Assembly (NCBI GenBank): GCA_051747805.1
Contig: JBNJGP010000007.1
Location: forward strand, 1 to 48,503
Direction of reading: 5' to 3'
Length of the DNA: 48,503 bases
DNA from: Candidatus Muiribacteriota bacterium
Lineage (GTDB): Bacteria > Muiribacteriota > Muiribacteriia > Muiribacteriales > Muiribacteriaceae
A program made the translations under genes and the position numbers. Below, in pieces: positions 37,538 to 47,047 of the stretch. The notes beneath the pieces are model-generated. The model was not told the origin of the DNA and ran no database searches. It worked only from the letters and a program-made list of their open reading frames with translations. Position 1 is the first letter of the stretch; the number at the start of each line of letters is the position of its first letter.

Positions 37538-39162
37538 AAAAAACTTTATTAGTCTTTTTTTTAACTGCTTTTTTTATATTAGTTTCAGAAGCACAGATTC
37601 CTGATATAGATGAGCTGTGGAAAAAACACGGACAACCCCGGCCTGAAGAGGAAAATAAAACTAAAAGTCAAATGGAAACTGCATTTGATTATGTTGAAAA
37701 TAAAGATTATGACAGGGCTCTTAAGATTTATGAGAAGCTCTTAAATAAAAATACTGATTCTTCTCATCTGCATAATGCAATCGGGTATTGTTTTGAAAAA
37801 ATGGGAGAACTTGAAAATGCTTATATGTTTTATTCGGCGGCAACAAAGTTAACTCCAGTTGATCCTGATTCTTATAATAATCTTGCTTTTCTTCACGCCC
37901 AGAAAGGAAAAGAATCTGAGGAAATTCTGGAAGGTCTGGATATTATAGAAAAAGCTCTCAAATACTCCCCGGACAATCATAATTATTTAAAAACCAGACT
38001 TCATATACTCGAAAAGGCAGAAAAAAAAGAGTTATGGAAAGAATATGCTATAGAATTTCTCGAAGAATTTCCAAATATAAATGAAATAAATTATAAAGTA
38101 GGTAAATATTTTTTCAATAAAAAGGATTATTTAAACGCTAAAAAATATTTAAATAAGGCTCTTCCAGAAAAAGAGGCTGTTAATCTGCTTGCTGAAATAT
38201 CCGAAGATTCTGTTGAAGGTTATGATGAGGAATTAAATCAGGTAAATAAAAAAATTCAAAAAAAGGCAAAGAATAACTTTGAAGAAATGAAAAGAAAATT
38301 TGAAAAAGACTATATGCTTAATTTAAGAGAGGTTGAAAACAAACTGGTAAAAGATAGTGAAGAAACACAAAAATCATCACAAAATAATATTCTTGATGAT
38401 TTTAGAGTTGGTATTGATACTTCCGGTCCCAGGATTGATAATTTAAGAGTAAGTAAAGAAACTGGAGTGTTTGATAAAGGTGTTTCAAATTATCAGCGCG
38501 GATATTTCGACAATGCATTAAAACATTTCAGCAATTTTATTGAAAGAGAAGAGAGAAATAAAAATTACAGCCAGAAACTTTCGCAGGCCTATAAGTACAA
38601 AAGTCTTATATATACTCATCAAAACAAGTTAGATGAGGAGTTATGGGAAAAAATAGAGTTTATTGATGAAAATGTTTATATTGAAAAAATTATAAAATTA
38701 ATGGAAAATAATCAAAAAAATGAACTGAGACAACTTTTAATTCAGATGATGAGGGCAGAGACTTTCTCTAATATTAAGGAGTTTATTTCTATGCGTCTTT
38801 CTTATATTGACGGTTATCTTTCTGCTAAAAAGGAATTTGAAGAGTATGCCCAAATTGATTTTTATATTCCGGAAAACAGTTTGAAAAATTTTGATTCTGA
38901 GGCAAAGAAACATTTTGAAAAGGGATATAAAAGAATTATTGAGGAAAGAGTTTCAGCAGCAGAAAAATATTTCAAAATGGCTGTTAATCGAGCTCCTTCG
39001 CATTATGTAGCCCAATACAATCTTGGAGTTTTAAATATTAAACTTGGTAATTACGAAGAAGGAATTTATCATATAGATAAAGCAAGAAGGTATGCTCCTT
39101 TTTCTGATGAAATGTACTTTATGATTAGAAGATTATATAACCAGCTTATTTTATATATTTAA
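37534..39162 (+). CDS. Secreted TPR-repeat protein
   Basis: Signal peptide; HNAIGYCF, YNNLAF, YNLGVL TPR patterns; ATGA overlap with the upstream gene. Confidence 0.82.
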   Translation: MKKTLLVFFLTAFFILVSEAQIPDIDELWKKHGQPRPEEENKTKSQMETAFDYVENKDYDRALKIYEKLLNKNTDSSHLHNAIGYCFEKMGELENAYMFYSAATKLTPVDPDSYNNLAFLHAQKGKESEEILEGLDIIEKALKYSPDNHNYLKTRLHILEKAEKKELWKEYAIEFLEEFPNINEINYKVGKYFFNKKDYLNAKKYLNKALPEKEAVNLLAEISEDSVEGYDEELNQVNKKIQKKAKNNFEEMKRKFEKDYMLNLREVENKLVKDSEETQKSSQNNILDDFRVGIDTSGPRIDNLRVSKETGVFDKGVSNYQRGYFDNALKHFSNFIEREERNKNYSQKLSQAYKYKSLIYTHQNKLDEELWEKIEFIDENVYIEKIIKLMENNQKNELRQLLIQMMRAETFSNIKEFISMRLSYIDGYLSAKKEFEEYAQIDFYIPENSLKNFDSEAKKHFEKGYKRIIEERVSAAEKYFKMAVNRAPSHYVAQYNLGVLNIKLGNYEEGIYHIDKARRYAPFSDEMYFMIRRLYNQLILYI

Positions 39163-39211
39163 TCTTTATGTTTCTTGTGCTTTTTATTTGAAAAAATTTG
39201 GGGCGATAATG

Positions 39212-39340
39212 TTATAATTTATCAATTGATTGAAATTTATTTACTTCTTCAATCAACTCGTCCAGAGTTAATTCTCTTTTACAGAATCTGTCCCATAATA
39301 CATCAATGTTTTTTTTCTTTTCCCTGTTTTTTTTAGTCAT
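39212..39340 (-). CDS. Unannotated 42-aa small protein
   Basis: SD AAAGGAGA; MTKKNREKKKNIDVLWDRFCKRELTLDELIEEVNKFQSIDKL; sigma-28-like promoter upstream. Confidence 0.65.
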   Translation of the reverse strand: MTKKNREKKKNIDVLWDRFCKRELTLDELIEEVNKFQSIDKL

Positions 39341-39382
39341 AGTTATATTCTCCTTTAATTTATAAAAGTTATATATAATTGT

Positions 39383-39409
39383 TTATCGGAATAAAAGTTA
39401 TTATTTTTA
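39383..39409 (-). promoter_or_regulatory. Sigma-28-type promoter
   Basis: TAAA-N15-TCCGATAA on the minus strand. Confidence 0.65.
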
Positions 39410-39481
39410 AAAAAATTTTTAATATACAAGTTTTTCCTATATAATTAAATGAAAATTTAAACTTAACAAAGGAGCACAAAA

Positions 39482-42400
39482 ATGAAAAAAATTATTATTT
39501 ATATTTTTCTAGGCATTTTAGTGTCTACAGCTTATTCTGTTGGTGGAGCAGCTGTCAATAATAATCCACAGTTGGATTTACCGGAGGTTGATGTGGAAAT
39601 CAGGGAAGAGATAGAAGAATTGATGAAAGAAGTTAAAAAAGCTCAGGAAGATGGGCTTCCCAGAACTGCTAAAAAAAAATTAGATAAGATTGTTTCTCTG
39701 GCTCTTGAGGGAGAGGATTATAATTATTATTTAAAAGCAGTTGTGCAGAAAATAATGTTTGAAAGTATAATTCAGGGAAATAAACCCGCTGTAAAGGTTA
39801 ATATGCTAAAAGATGAAATTGAAAAGGCGGATGAAAGACTGGAACCTGTTTTAAAAGCAATTCTTGCTAGATGGTACTGGCATTTTTTTTCAAGTTCAAG
39901 ATGGAGATTTCAACAGCGTAGCGAAACTGCCTCAATTGATGATGAAGATATAATGACTTGGGATTTAAATAAAATAATTAATGAAATTGATAATCTTTAT
40001 AAAGATATTTTAGATAAAGAAGAAATTTTGTCTCAAATAAAAACATCTTTTTTCAAAGAATTTCTTCATACTGATAAAACTCAGATAAATCTGCGACCTA
40101 CATTATATGATTTTTTAGTATGGGAGGCGATTAACTTCTATTCGCAGGCGGAACAGCATATTGTTAAACCAGTTGATGCATACGAAATTAATTTTGACTC
40201 GGATGTTTCAAAAACAACAGATGAGTTTTTAAAATACGAGGCTCAGACTACTGATTTTGATTCCCCTAAATATAAAGTTGTTTCTTTATATCAGAAACTA
40301 ATAAAACTTCATAAAAACAAAAATAATTATCCGGCACTTGCAGATACCGAACTAAACAGAATTATTTATGTTAAAAATAATGGTTTTGGGGATAAAAAGT
40401 TAAAGTCTGAAACAACATTAATTAGATTAAAAGAAACACTTCAAATTTCAGATGATGAAAATGTTGATGCTGCAATTTTATATAATATTGCAAAAACATA
40501 CTATGATATTGATGATAGAGTTAAGGCGCTTGAATACGCCGTTAGAGGTTATGAGCTTTACCCGGAAACAAATGGCGGAGAAAGCTGTAAAAATCTTTCA
40601 GAGCAGATTCTTGCCCGAAGAGTTAATATTAAAGGGCAGAGACTTTATTCAACAAAAGAGAAAAGAAATCTTGAGGTGGAATACAAAAATGTTTCGAAAC
40701 TTTACTTCAGAATTTATGAGGATGAATGGGATACCTTTTTAAAGCAGGATAATACAAATCCATACAGGGAAGATAGAGAAAGGTTAAACAGTTTATTAAA
40801 ACAGGGATACGGAAGTCCTGGTTATTATAAAAGCTGGAGCTCAGATGTAGAGGAAACTCCTGATTACAAAGAAAAAACTCAAACTGTTACTCTGCCGGAA
40901 ATTGAGCCGGGTTTTTATAGAATTTTTTCTTCGTTTGACGGTGATTTTTCAGATTTATCAAAACTTTCCTATAGCTGGTTCTGGGTTTCGGATTTAGGTG
41001 TAGTTACCCGGCCTGCTGAAAATAAAATAACAGGGTTTATACTTGATAATTATAAAGGAACTCCCTTAAAAAATATTGCTGTTACTCTTTATGGATATAA
41101 AAACAGACGTTATAGAGAGTATAAAAATGTACTTACAGATAAAGACGGTTATTTTGAGGTTTCAACTGACACAAGAGATTATTATAATTTTATTGTTCAT
41201 GCCAAGACAGAAAATGATGAAATTCTAGATTTGTCCACAACAAGAGGATTATCATCCGGTAGAGCGTCAAGAAAAAGTGAAAATATTTTATTTATGACAG
41301 ACAGAGCCCTTTACAGGCCCGGACAATCTATTCACTTTAAGGGTATAGTTGTTGATGTTGATGGGGAAAATGATAATTATAAGGTTAAACCAGATAAAAA
41401 TGTGGAAATAAAATTTATTGATGTAAACAGAGAAGAAATTGAAACAGTTGAGCTTCGCTCAAATGATTTTGGAAGTATTTCAGGCACTTTTACAGCTCCA
41501 ACAGACGGACTTACAGGCAGTATGACAATAAGAGCTTCTGGTATTGCTGGTTCGACAAGAGTTCAGGTTGAAGAATATAAAAGACCTAAATTCAGTGTAG
41601 AACTTGAAAGACCGGAAGAAGAGTACCGGGTAGATGATACTGTTAAAGTTCCGGGACAGGCTGTAAGCTATAGTGGAGCTCCTGTAAATAATGCCCATAT
41701 AAGTTTCAGGGTAAGACGTGAGGTTCGTTTCCCTTTCTGGTACAGCTGGTTTTATGGGAGAGGGTTCAGTAGTGAGGCGCAGGAAGTTGCATATGGAACC
41801 GCTTTAACTGATAGCGCGGGAAACTTTATATTAGAATTTGAGGCTGTTCCAGACAGGCTTGTTGCAAAAGATGGGCAACCGGTTTTTAATTATACGGTTT
41901 ATTGCGATGTTACCGACAGCACAGGGGAAACAAGAAGCGATAATATAAAGATAAATGTGGGGTATCATTCGGCAAATTTAAATATTTCTGCTGCAGAAAG
42001 CGTACATGAAGAAGAGGATTTTAAATTCAATGTTAATGCAACATCTTTAAATGGTGTTGATATTTCTGCCTCTGGACAAATAAATATATTTAAGCTACTT
42101 GAACCAGATAAACCTGTCAGGGATGACGTTCAAATTCCTTTTATTCCCTTTAAAAAAGTTACCCAGCCTTCAGAAGTATCAAAAGAAGATTTTGGTCATG
42201 ACCCGAAAAGATGGCCGGCTGGAAAAAATGTATATTCCAGAAATTTTAAAACAACTGCCGGGGAGAAGTCAGAATATACTCTTAACCTTAAACCGGGTCT
42301 TTATAGAATTATGGCAGAAACAGAAGATAGATACGGACAGACAGTTGAAAGTATGCATAATTTTAAAGTGCTTCCTTCAAAGCAAAATAAAGATTTTAAT

Positions 42401-45400
42401 TTAAAAATCCCTTTTTATACATCCTATAATTCAAGTTCAGTTTTACCTGGTAATAACCTGGAACTGGTTTGGGGAACAGGATATGAAGAGGGGAGAGCTT
42501 TTGTTGAAATAGTTCACAGGGGAGAAACTCTGAAGAGCTTCTGGACAGAACCGGGTCAAACGCAACAGTTTATAGAATTTCCAGTCAAGGAAAAATACAG
42601 GGGCGGATTCGGTGTATGTGTTACTTTTGTTGCTGAAAATAGATTTTATATAGATAGAAAACAAATTCAAGTGCCTTATACAAATAAAGAACTGCTTATT
42701 TCTTTTGAAACTTTCCGGGATAAACTTTATCCGGGTGAAAAAGAAAAATGGATTATAAATATTGAGCCTCGCGAAGGGGATATTTCTGAGGCGGAACTTG
42801 CAGCTGTGCTTTATGACAGCTCGCTTGACGCTTTTTATCCTCATTCATGGCCTGATTTTAACTTTTTCAGAACTCATCGTTTTATGCCTAATTACAGATA
42901 TTCTAATTCTCAGACAAAATTTTCGGGATATTCTGGTGATTCCTGGAGTTCTCATGGAAGAAACCTTCTGTTATACCCTAAATTCCCTGATGAGGTTACC
43001 CGTCTTCTGACTTATCATCAATTTTCAAGAAGTGCTTCCGGAAGACGACAGTCTGCGGTGTTAGAATCTGCTTCACCTTCGGAAATGTCAATGAAAGCCG
43101 ATGCAGAAGTGGCTGAAGATAAAGAGGTGGAACAAGAAGAAAAAGAAGAATTACAGCAGGAGCCTGATGAAGATATTCATATTAGAGAAAATCTTGATGA
43201 GACAGCCTTTTTTTATCCGGATTTAATTATGAAAGAAGATGGCTCAGTTTCCCTGGAATTTACAATGCCAGAGGCTTTAACGAAGTGGAAATTTATGGGA
43301 TTTGCCCATACTAAAGATGCCTCAAGAGGAAAAGTAGAAGAATATACAGTTACTCAGAAAGAGTTAATGATTGAACCCAATCCACCAAGATTTTTAAGAG
43401 AAAATGATGAGCTTGAGTTCACAGCCAAAATAAGTAACTTATCCGAAAATGATTTAAATATTAGAGCCGACCTTAATTTGCTTGACTTAATTTCTGATGA
43501 TAAGGTAAATACGGAATTTGGACTAAATAACACTTTGAAATATGTTAATATTAAATCAGGATTGTCTGAAACAGTATCCTGGAAAATTAATGTTCCGAGA
43601 AATGCCGGCAGTGTAAGGTATGAAATTAGAGCTTCGGGTGGTAATTATTCAGATGGTCAGGCAGACGCTATTCCTGTTTTATCTTCCCGTATGCTTATTA
43701 AAGAGAGTTTGCCTCTATGGATTTCTGAGGCAGGAAAAAATACTTTTGAGTTTGATAATCTGAAACAGCTGGATACCTCAGATACAATTGACGCTGTTCA
43801 TTTTTCTGTTGAAATGTCGTCAAACCCTGCATGGTATGCTATTCAGGCTCTCCCTTATCTTATGGAATATCCTTATGAGAGTCTGGATTCAACTTTTAAC
43901 AGATATTATGCAAACAGCCTGGCGGCCAATATTGCAAATTCTAATCCAAGTATAAGAAAAATATTTGATTCATGGAAAAATGAATATCAAGATGAGTTGA
44001 AGTCACCTCTCCAAAAAAATGAAGATTTAAAAAATATCAGCCTTCAGGATACTCCCTGGGTTGCTCAGGCTTCAAGGGAAAGAGAGCAGAAAGCTAAAAT
44101 TGGGCTGCTTTTTGAAGAAAATAACTTAAGACATGGACTAAATAAGGCCTATGAGAAAATTAAAGAGGCACAGAACGCAGACGGTTCATGGCCCTGGTTT
44201 CCTGGGGGAAGGGCCAATCCATATATTACACTTTATATTTTAACTGGTTTTGGACGTTTAAGACATTTAGACGTTTCTGGAGACAATTATGCAGCCTTGA
44301 GAGCTTTAAATTATATGGACGGCTGGATAAAGAAAACTTATGATAATCTTAGAGATAAAGAGAGAAATAATTTAAATAATATTATTGCACTTTATCTTTA
44401 TACACGAAGTTTTTATAACGAGATTAAGCCTGTCCCCACCGAAAGCCAGGAGGCTGTTAAATACTTCCTTGAACAGGCGGATAAACACTGGTTGAGCTTA
44501 AATTCACGTCTTGGTCAAGGATATATTGCACTTGCTCTTAAAAGGTTTAAAAAGGAAAGTAAGGCAGAAAAAATTATGAATTCTCTTTATGAAAGAAGTG
44601 TTTATGATGAAGAGATGGGTAGATTCTGGCGCGAGGATGAACTTTCTTTATACTGGTATAGAGCGAAAATTGAAACTCAGGCACTTATGATTGAGGCTTT
44701 TGATGAAGTTTCTGGAGATGCTCAGACAGTAAAAGAATGTAAAGTTTGGCTTCTGAAACAGAAACAGACTCAGAATTGGAAATCATCCAAAGCAACGGCT
44801 GATGCAATATACTCTCTTATTTTAAGGGGTGCGGATATACTTGAAGATAATGAGATTGTAAAGATGACAGTTGGCAATGAAGAAGTTGATATAGGTGAAG
44901 TTACACCAGGAGTTAACAGTTATAAAAAAATATATCCTCCTTCTGAGATAAGTTCTGATTTTAAAAATATAACAGTTGAGAGAAAAACAGATGGTGTTTC
45001 ATGGGGCGGAGCCTATTTCCATTATGTTGAAGATATTTCAAAGGTGAAGGCACATCAGACAGATTTAAGTCTTGAAAAATCCTTGTGGCTGACTAAACAT
45101 ACTGAAAGCGGTCCAGTTATAGAAAAGGTAGATGGGGAGCTTAAGCCCGGAGATCAGGTTAAATTGCGAATAGTGCTTAGAACCGACAGAGATCTTGAAT
45201 ACGTGCATCTTAAAGATTACAGGGCAAGTGGAATGGAGCCCGAAAATGTTATATCAAGATGGAAATATCAGGATGGTTTAAGATATTATGAGTCAACGGG
45301 AGATACATCAACAAACTTTTTTATCAGCTATATGCCAAAAGGCACTTATGTTTTTGAATACCCTGTGAGAATACAGCATAAAGGAACTTTTGAAACAGGT

Positions 45401-45484
45401 CCTGCAAAAATACAATGTATGTATGCTCCTGAATTTTCAAGTCATTCTGAAAGTATTGCAGTTGAAGTGACGGGAAGAAGATAA
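39482..45484 (+). CDS. Bacterial alpha-2-macroglobulin family protein lacking the CxEQ thioester motif
   Basis: TDRALYRPGQ, VEEYKRPKF, IRENLDETAFFYP, PRFLREND, QNADGSWPWF, MYAPEF; signal peptide. Confidence 0.92.
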   Translation: MKKIIIYIFLGILVSTAYSVGGAAVNNNPQLDLPEVDVEIREEIEELMKEVKKAQEDGLPRTAKKKLDKIVSLALEGEDYNYYLKAVVQKIMFESIIQGNKPAVKVNMLKDEIEKADERLEPVLKAILARWYWHFFSSSRWRFQQRSETASIDDEDIMTWDLNKIINEIDNLYKDILDKEEILSQIKTSFFKEFLHTDKTQINLRPTLYDFLVWEAINFYSQAEQHIVKPVDAYEINFDSDVSKTTDEFLKYEAQTTDFDSPKYKVVSLYQKLIKLHKNKNNYPALADTELNRIIYVKNNGFGDKKLKSETTLIRLKETLQISDDENVDAAILYNIAKTYYDIDDRVKALEYAVRGYELYPETNGGESCKNLSEQILARRVNIKGQRLYSTKEKRNLEVEYKNVSKLYFRIYEDEWDTFLKQDNTNPYREDRERLNSLLKQGYGSPGYYKSWSSDVEETPDYKEKTQTVTLPEIEPGFYRIFSSFDGDFSDLSKLSYSWFWVSDLGVVTRPAENKITGFILDNYKGTPLKNIAVTLYGYKNRRYREYKNVLTDKDGYFEVSTDTRDYYNFIVHAKTENDEILDLSTTRGLSSGRASRKSENILFMTDRALYRPGQSIHFKGIVVDVDGENDNYKVKPDKNVEIKFIDVNREEIETVELRSNDFGSISGTFTAPTDGLTGSMTIRASGIAGSTRVQVEEYKRPKFSVELERPEEEYRVDDTVKVPGQAVSYSGAPVNNAHISFRVRREVRFPFWYSWFYGRGFSSEAQEVAYGTALTDSAGNFILEFEAVPDRLVAKDGQPVFNYTVYCDVTDSTGETRSDNIKINVGYHSANLNISAAESVHEEEDFKFNVNATSLNGVDISASGQINIFKLLEPDKPVRDDVQIPFIPFKKVTQPSEVSKEDFGHDPKRWPAGKNVYSRNFKTTAGEKSEYTLNLKPGLYRIMAETEDRYGQTVESMHNFKVLPSKQNKDFNLKIPFYTSYNSSSVLPGNNLELVWGTGYEEGRAFVEIVHRGETLKSFWTEPGQTQQFIEFPVKEKYRGGFGVCVTFVAENRFYIDRKQIQVPYTNKELLISFETFRDKLYPGEKEKWIINIEPREGDISEAELAAVLYDSSLDAFYPHSWPDFNFFRTHRFMPNYRYSNSQTKFSGYSGDSWSSHGRNLLLYPKFPDEVTRLLTYHQFSRSASGRRQSAVLESASPSEMSMKADAEVAEDKEVEQEEKEELQQEPDEDIHIRENLDETAFFYPDLIMKEDGSVSLEFTMPEALTKWKFMGFAHTKDASRGKVEEYTVTQKELMIEPNPPRFLRENDELEFTAKISNLSENDLNIRADLNLLDLISDDKVNTEFGLNNTLKYVNIKSGLSETVSWKINVPRNAGSVRYEIRASGGNYSDGQADAIPVLSSRMLIKESLPLWISEAGKNTFEFDNLKQLDTSDTIDAVHFSVEMSSNPAWYAIQALPYLMEYPYESLDSTFNRYYANSLAANIANSNPSIRKIFDSWKNEYQDELKSPLQKNEDLKNISLQDTPWVAQASREREQKAKIGLLFEENNLRHGLNKAYEKIKEAQNADGSWPWFPGGRANPYITLYILTGFGRLRHLDVSGDNYAALRALNYMDGWIKKTYDNLRDKERNNLNNIIALYLYTRSFYNEIKPVPTESQEAVKYFLEQADKHWLSLNSRLGQGYIALALKRFKKESKAEKIMNSLYERSVYDEEMGRFWREDELSLYWYRAKIETQALMIEAFDEVSGDAQTVKECKVWLLKQKQTQNWKSSKATADAIYSLILRGADILEDNEIVKMTVGNEEVDIGEVTPGVNSYKKIYPPSEISSDFKNITVERKTDGVSWGGAYFHYVEDISKVKAHQTDLSLEKSLWLTKHTESGPVIEKVDGELKPGDQVKLRIVLRTDRDLEYVHLKDYRASGMEPENVISRWKYQDGLRYYESTGDTSTNFFISYMPKGTYVFEYPVRIQHKGTFETGPAKIQCMYAPEFSSHSESIAVEVTGRR

Positions 45485-46602
45485 TGAAAATAAAAGATTT
45501 ATATGATGATACTGCATTAAAAGATAAATCAAAAAAAAAGGGGAAGTTTTATGATAAAAATAAGCTCCCCGAGGGTTTTAAAACCGAGATTTTTGGTTGC
45601 GGAAATCCAGTTAATTATATACTGAAAAAAAGAAAAAATCCGGTAATAGTTGACTTGGGATGTGGTGCCGGGATTGATATGTTTCTTGCCTCCAAAAAAG
45701 CTTATACTCCTATAATAATTGGTGTTGATTTTTCATATGAAATGCTTAAAAGAGCAAGGCATAATCTGCAAAAAAGCAAAGTCGAAGCATATTTTATTCA
45801 GGCTGACCTTGAAAGTATTCCGTTCAGAAAAGAAAGTATAGATATTATTATTTCTAATGCTTGTATTCATCTGACAAAAAACAAAAAAAATATTTTCAAA
45901 AAACTTTATAATGTTCTTAAAAAAGATGGAGAAATGTACATTTCTGATATTTATACAAAGTTTGAATGGAAGGCTCCTTTTTTTAAAAAAGAGTTTGAAA
46001 AAACAGAGGGTATTTTTTTATACGGCGGTCTTGATTCTGAAAATGCATATTTTAAAAAACTTAAAGAGGCTGAATTTTCTTTTAAAAAACTTAATCAGAT
46101 TTTTTTCAGCTCTGCCAATGAAATTCTTCCAAAAATAAAGAAAAAATATCCTGCGCTTCAGGATGAAATTGTTGATGAATTACAGACTAATTTAATGATA
46201 GCTGGTGATTATATAGCATATAAAGGGAAAAGGAAGGTTCTTCCGGCAATGGCCGAATGCGACTGTAGTAAATATTTTCTGCCCTTTGTTTCTTCTTTCA
46301 GCATTAAATCACCCTTTGTAAAAGAAATGCTGAAGGATAAATTAAATCTGAAAAAATGTGATAATTGCCATACTTATGCTGAAGTTGAAGATTCTTTTAT
46401 GGTATTTATTCCGCCCCGGAAAGTTTTTGTTAAATTTCCACATAACTGGAAAAAATATAGAGAAATGCTTGAAGGGGATTTGGGGGAACTTCGTAAGAAA
46501 TTTGAGCTAAAAACTTTTTATTCCTCTGAGGTTTTTTTAAAAAATATAAAAAAAAATATGGGAGTTTTTCAAAAACTGATAAATGTATTTGCTCGTAGAT
46601 AA
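45484..46602 (+). CDS. ArsM-like SAM methyltransferase with Cys-rich C-terminal domain
   Basis: GCGNP, VDLGCGAGID, IISNACIHL; C-terminal CDC...CDNC. Confidence 0.75.
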   Translation: MKIKDLYDDTALKDKSKKKGKFYDKNKLPEGFKTEIFGCGNPVNYILKKRKNPVIVDLGCGAGIDMFLASKKAYTPIIIGVDFSYEMLKRARHNLQKSKVEAYFIQADLESIPFRKESIDIIISNACIHLTKNKKNIFKKLYNVLKKDGEMYISDIYTKFEWKAPFFKKEFEKTEGIFLYGGLDSENAYFKKLKEAEFSFKKLNQIFFSSANEILPKIKKKYPALQDEIVDELQTNLMIAGDYIAYKGKRKVLPAMAECDCSKYFLPFVSSFSIKSPFVKEMLKDKLNLKKCDNCHTYAEVEDSFMVFIPPRKVFVKFPHNWKKYREMLEGDLGELRKKFELKTFYSSEVFLKNIKKNMGVFQKLINVFARR

Positions 46603-47047
46603 TGTTTATATTGATAAAAAACTTTTAAATCTGAAGTTAAACTGTGATTATAATAAATGCAGAGGAGCCTGCTGCTGGGGAGAGGGGCTTGGTACTCCTC
46701 TTACCGGCAAAGATATAAAAAGAATTGAAAAAAATACACGTATTTTAAATTATTTTGAATATCAGAAAGGTCCCAGACTCGTTTGCAGGAAAAATGGCGA
46801 ATGTATATTTTTTAAAAAAAACATGTGTAAAATAAACGACTGTAAGCCCGATTACTGCAATTTATTTCCTGTTTTACATGAAAGGAAACAGGGGTTTAAC
46901 TATCTTTTGTATCATACCTATAAGGAGTGTTCGTTTATAGATACAGATATTTACTATTTGGAAAGGATAAAAAAAATTTTAATTGAGAAGTTTGGAAAAA
47001 GTTTTTATTCTAAACTCAAAGGGATGCTTGGAAATGTATATATGTAG
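46583..47047 (+). CDS. DUF3109-like Cys-cluster protein
   Basis: CDYNKCRGACCWGEG.GTPL, ECIF, KPDYCNLFP. Confidence 0.75.
   Translation: MYLLVDNVYIDKKLLNLKLNCDYNKCRGACCWGEGLGTPLTGKDIKRIEKNTRILNYFEYQKGPRLVCRKNGECIFFKKNMCKINDCKPDYCNLFPVLHERKQGFNYLLYHTYKECSFIDTDIYYLERIKKILIEKFGKSFYSKLKGMLGNVYM

Noticed and set aside
36467..45484. TPR-TPR-macroglobulin as one operon or novel envelope system
   Set aside because: A 319-bp gap containing an opposite-strand small gene and promoter separates them, and nothing in the sequence links their functions.
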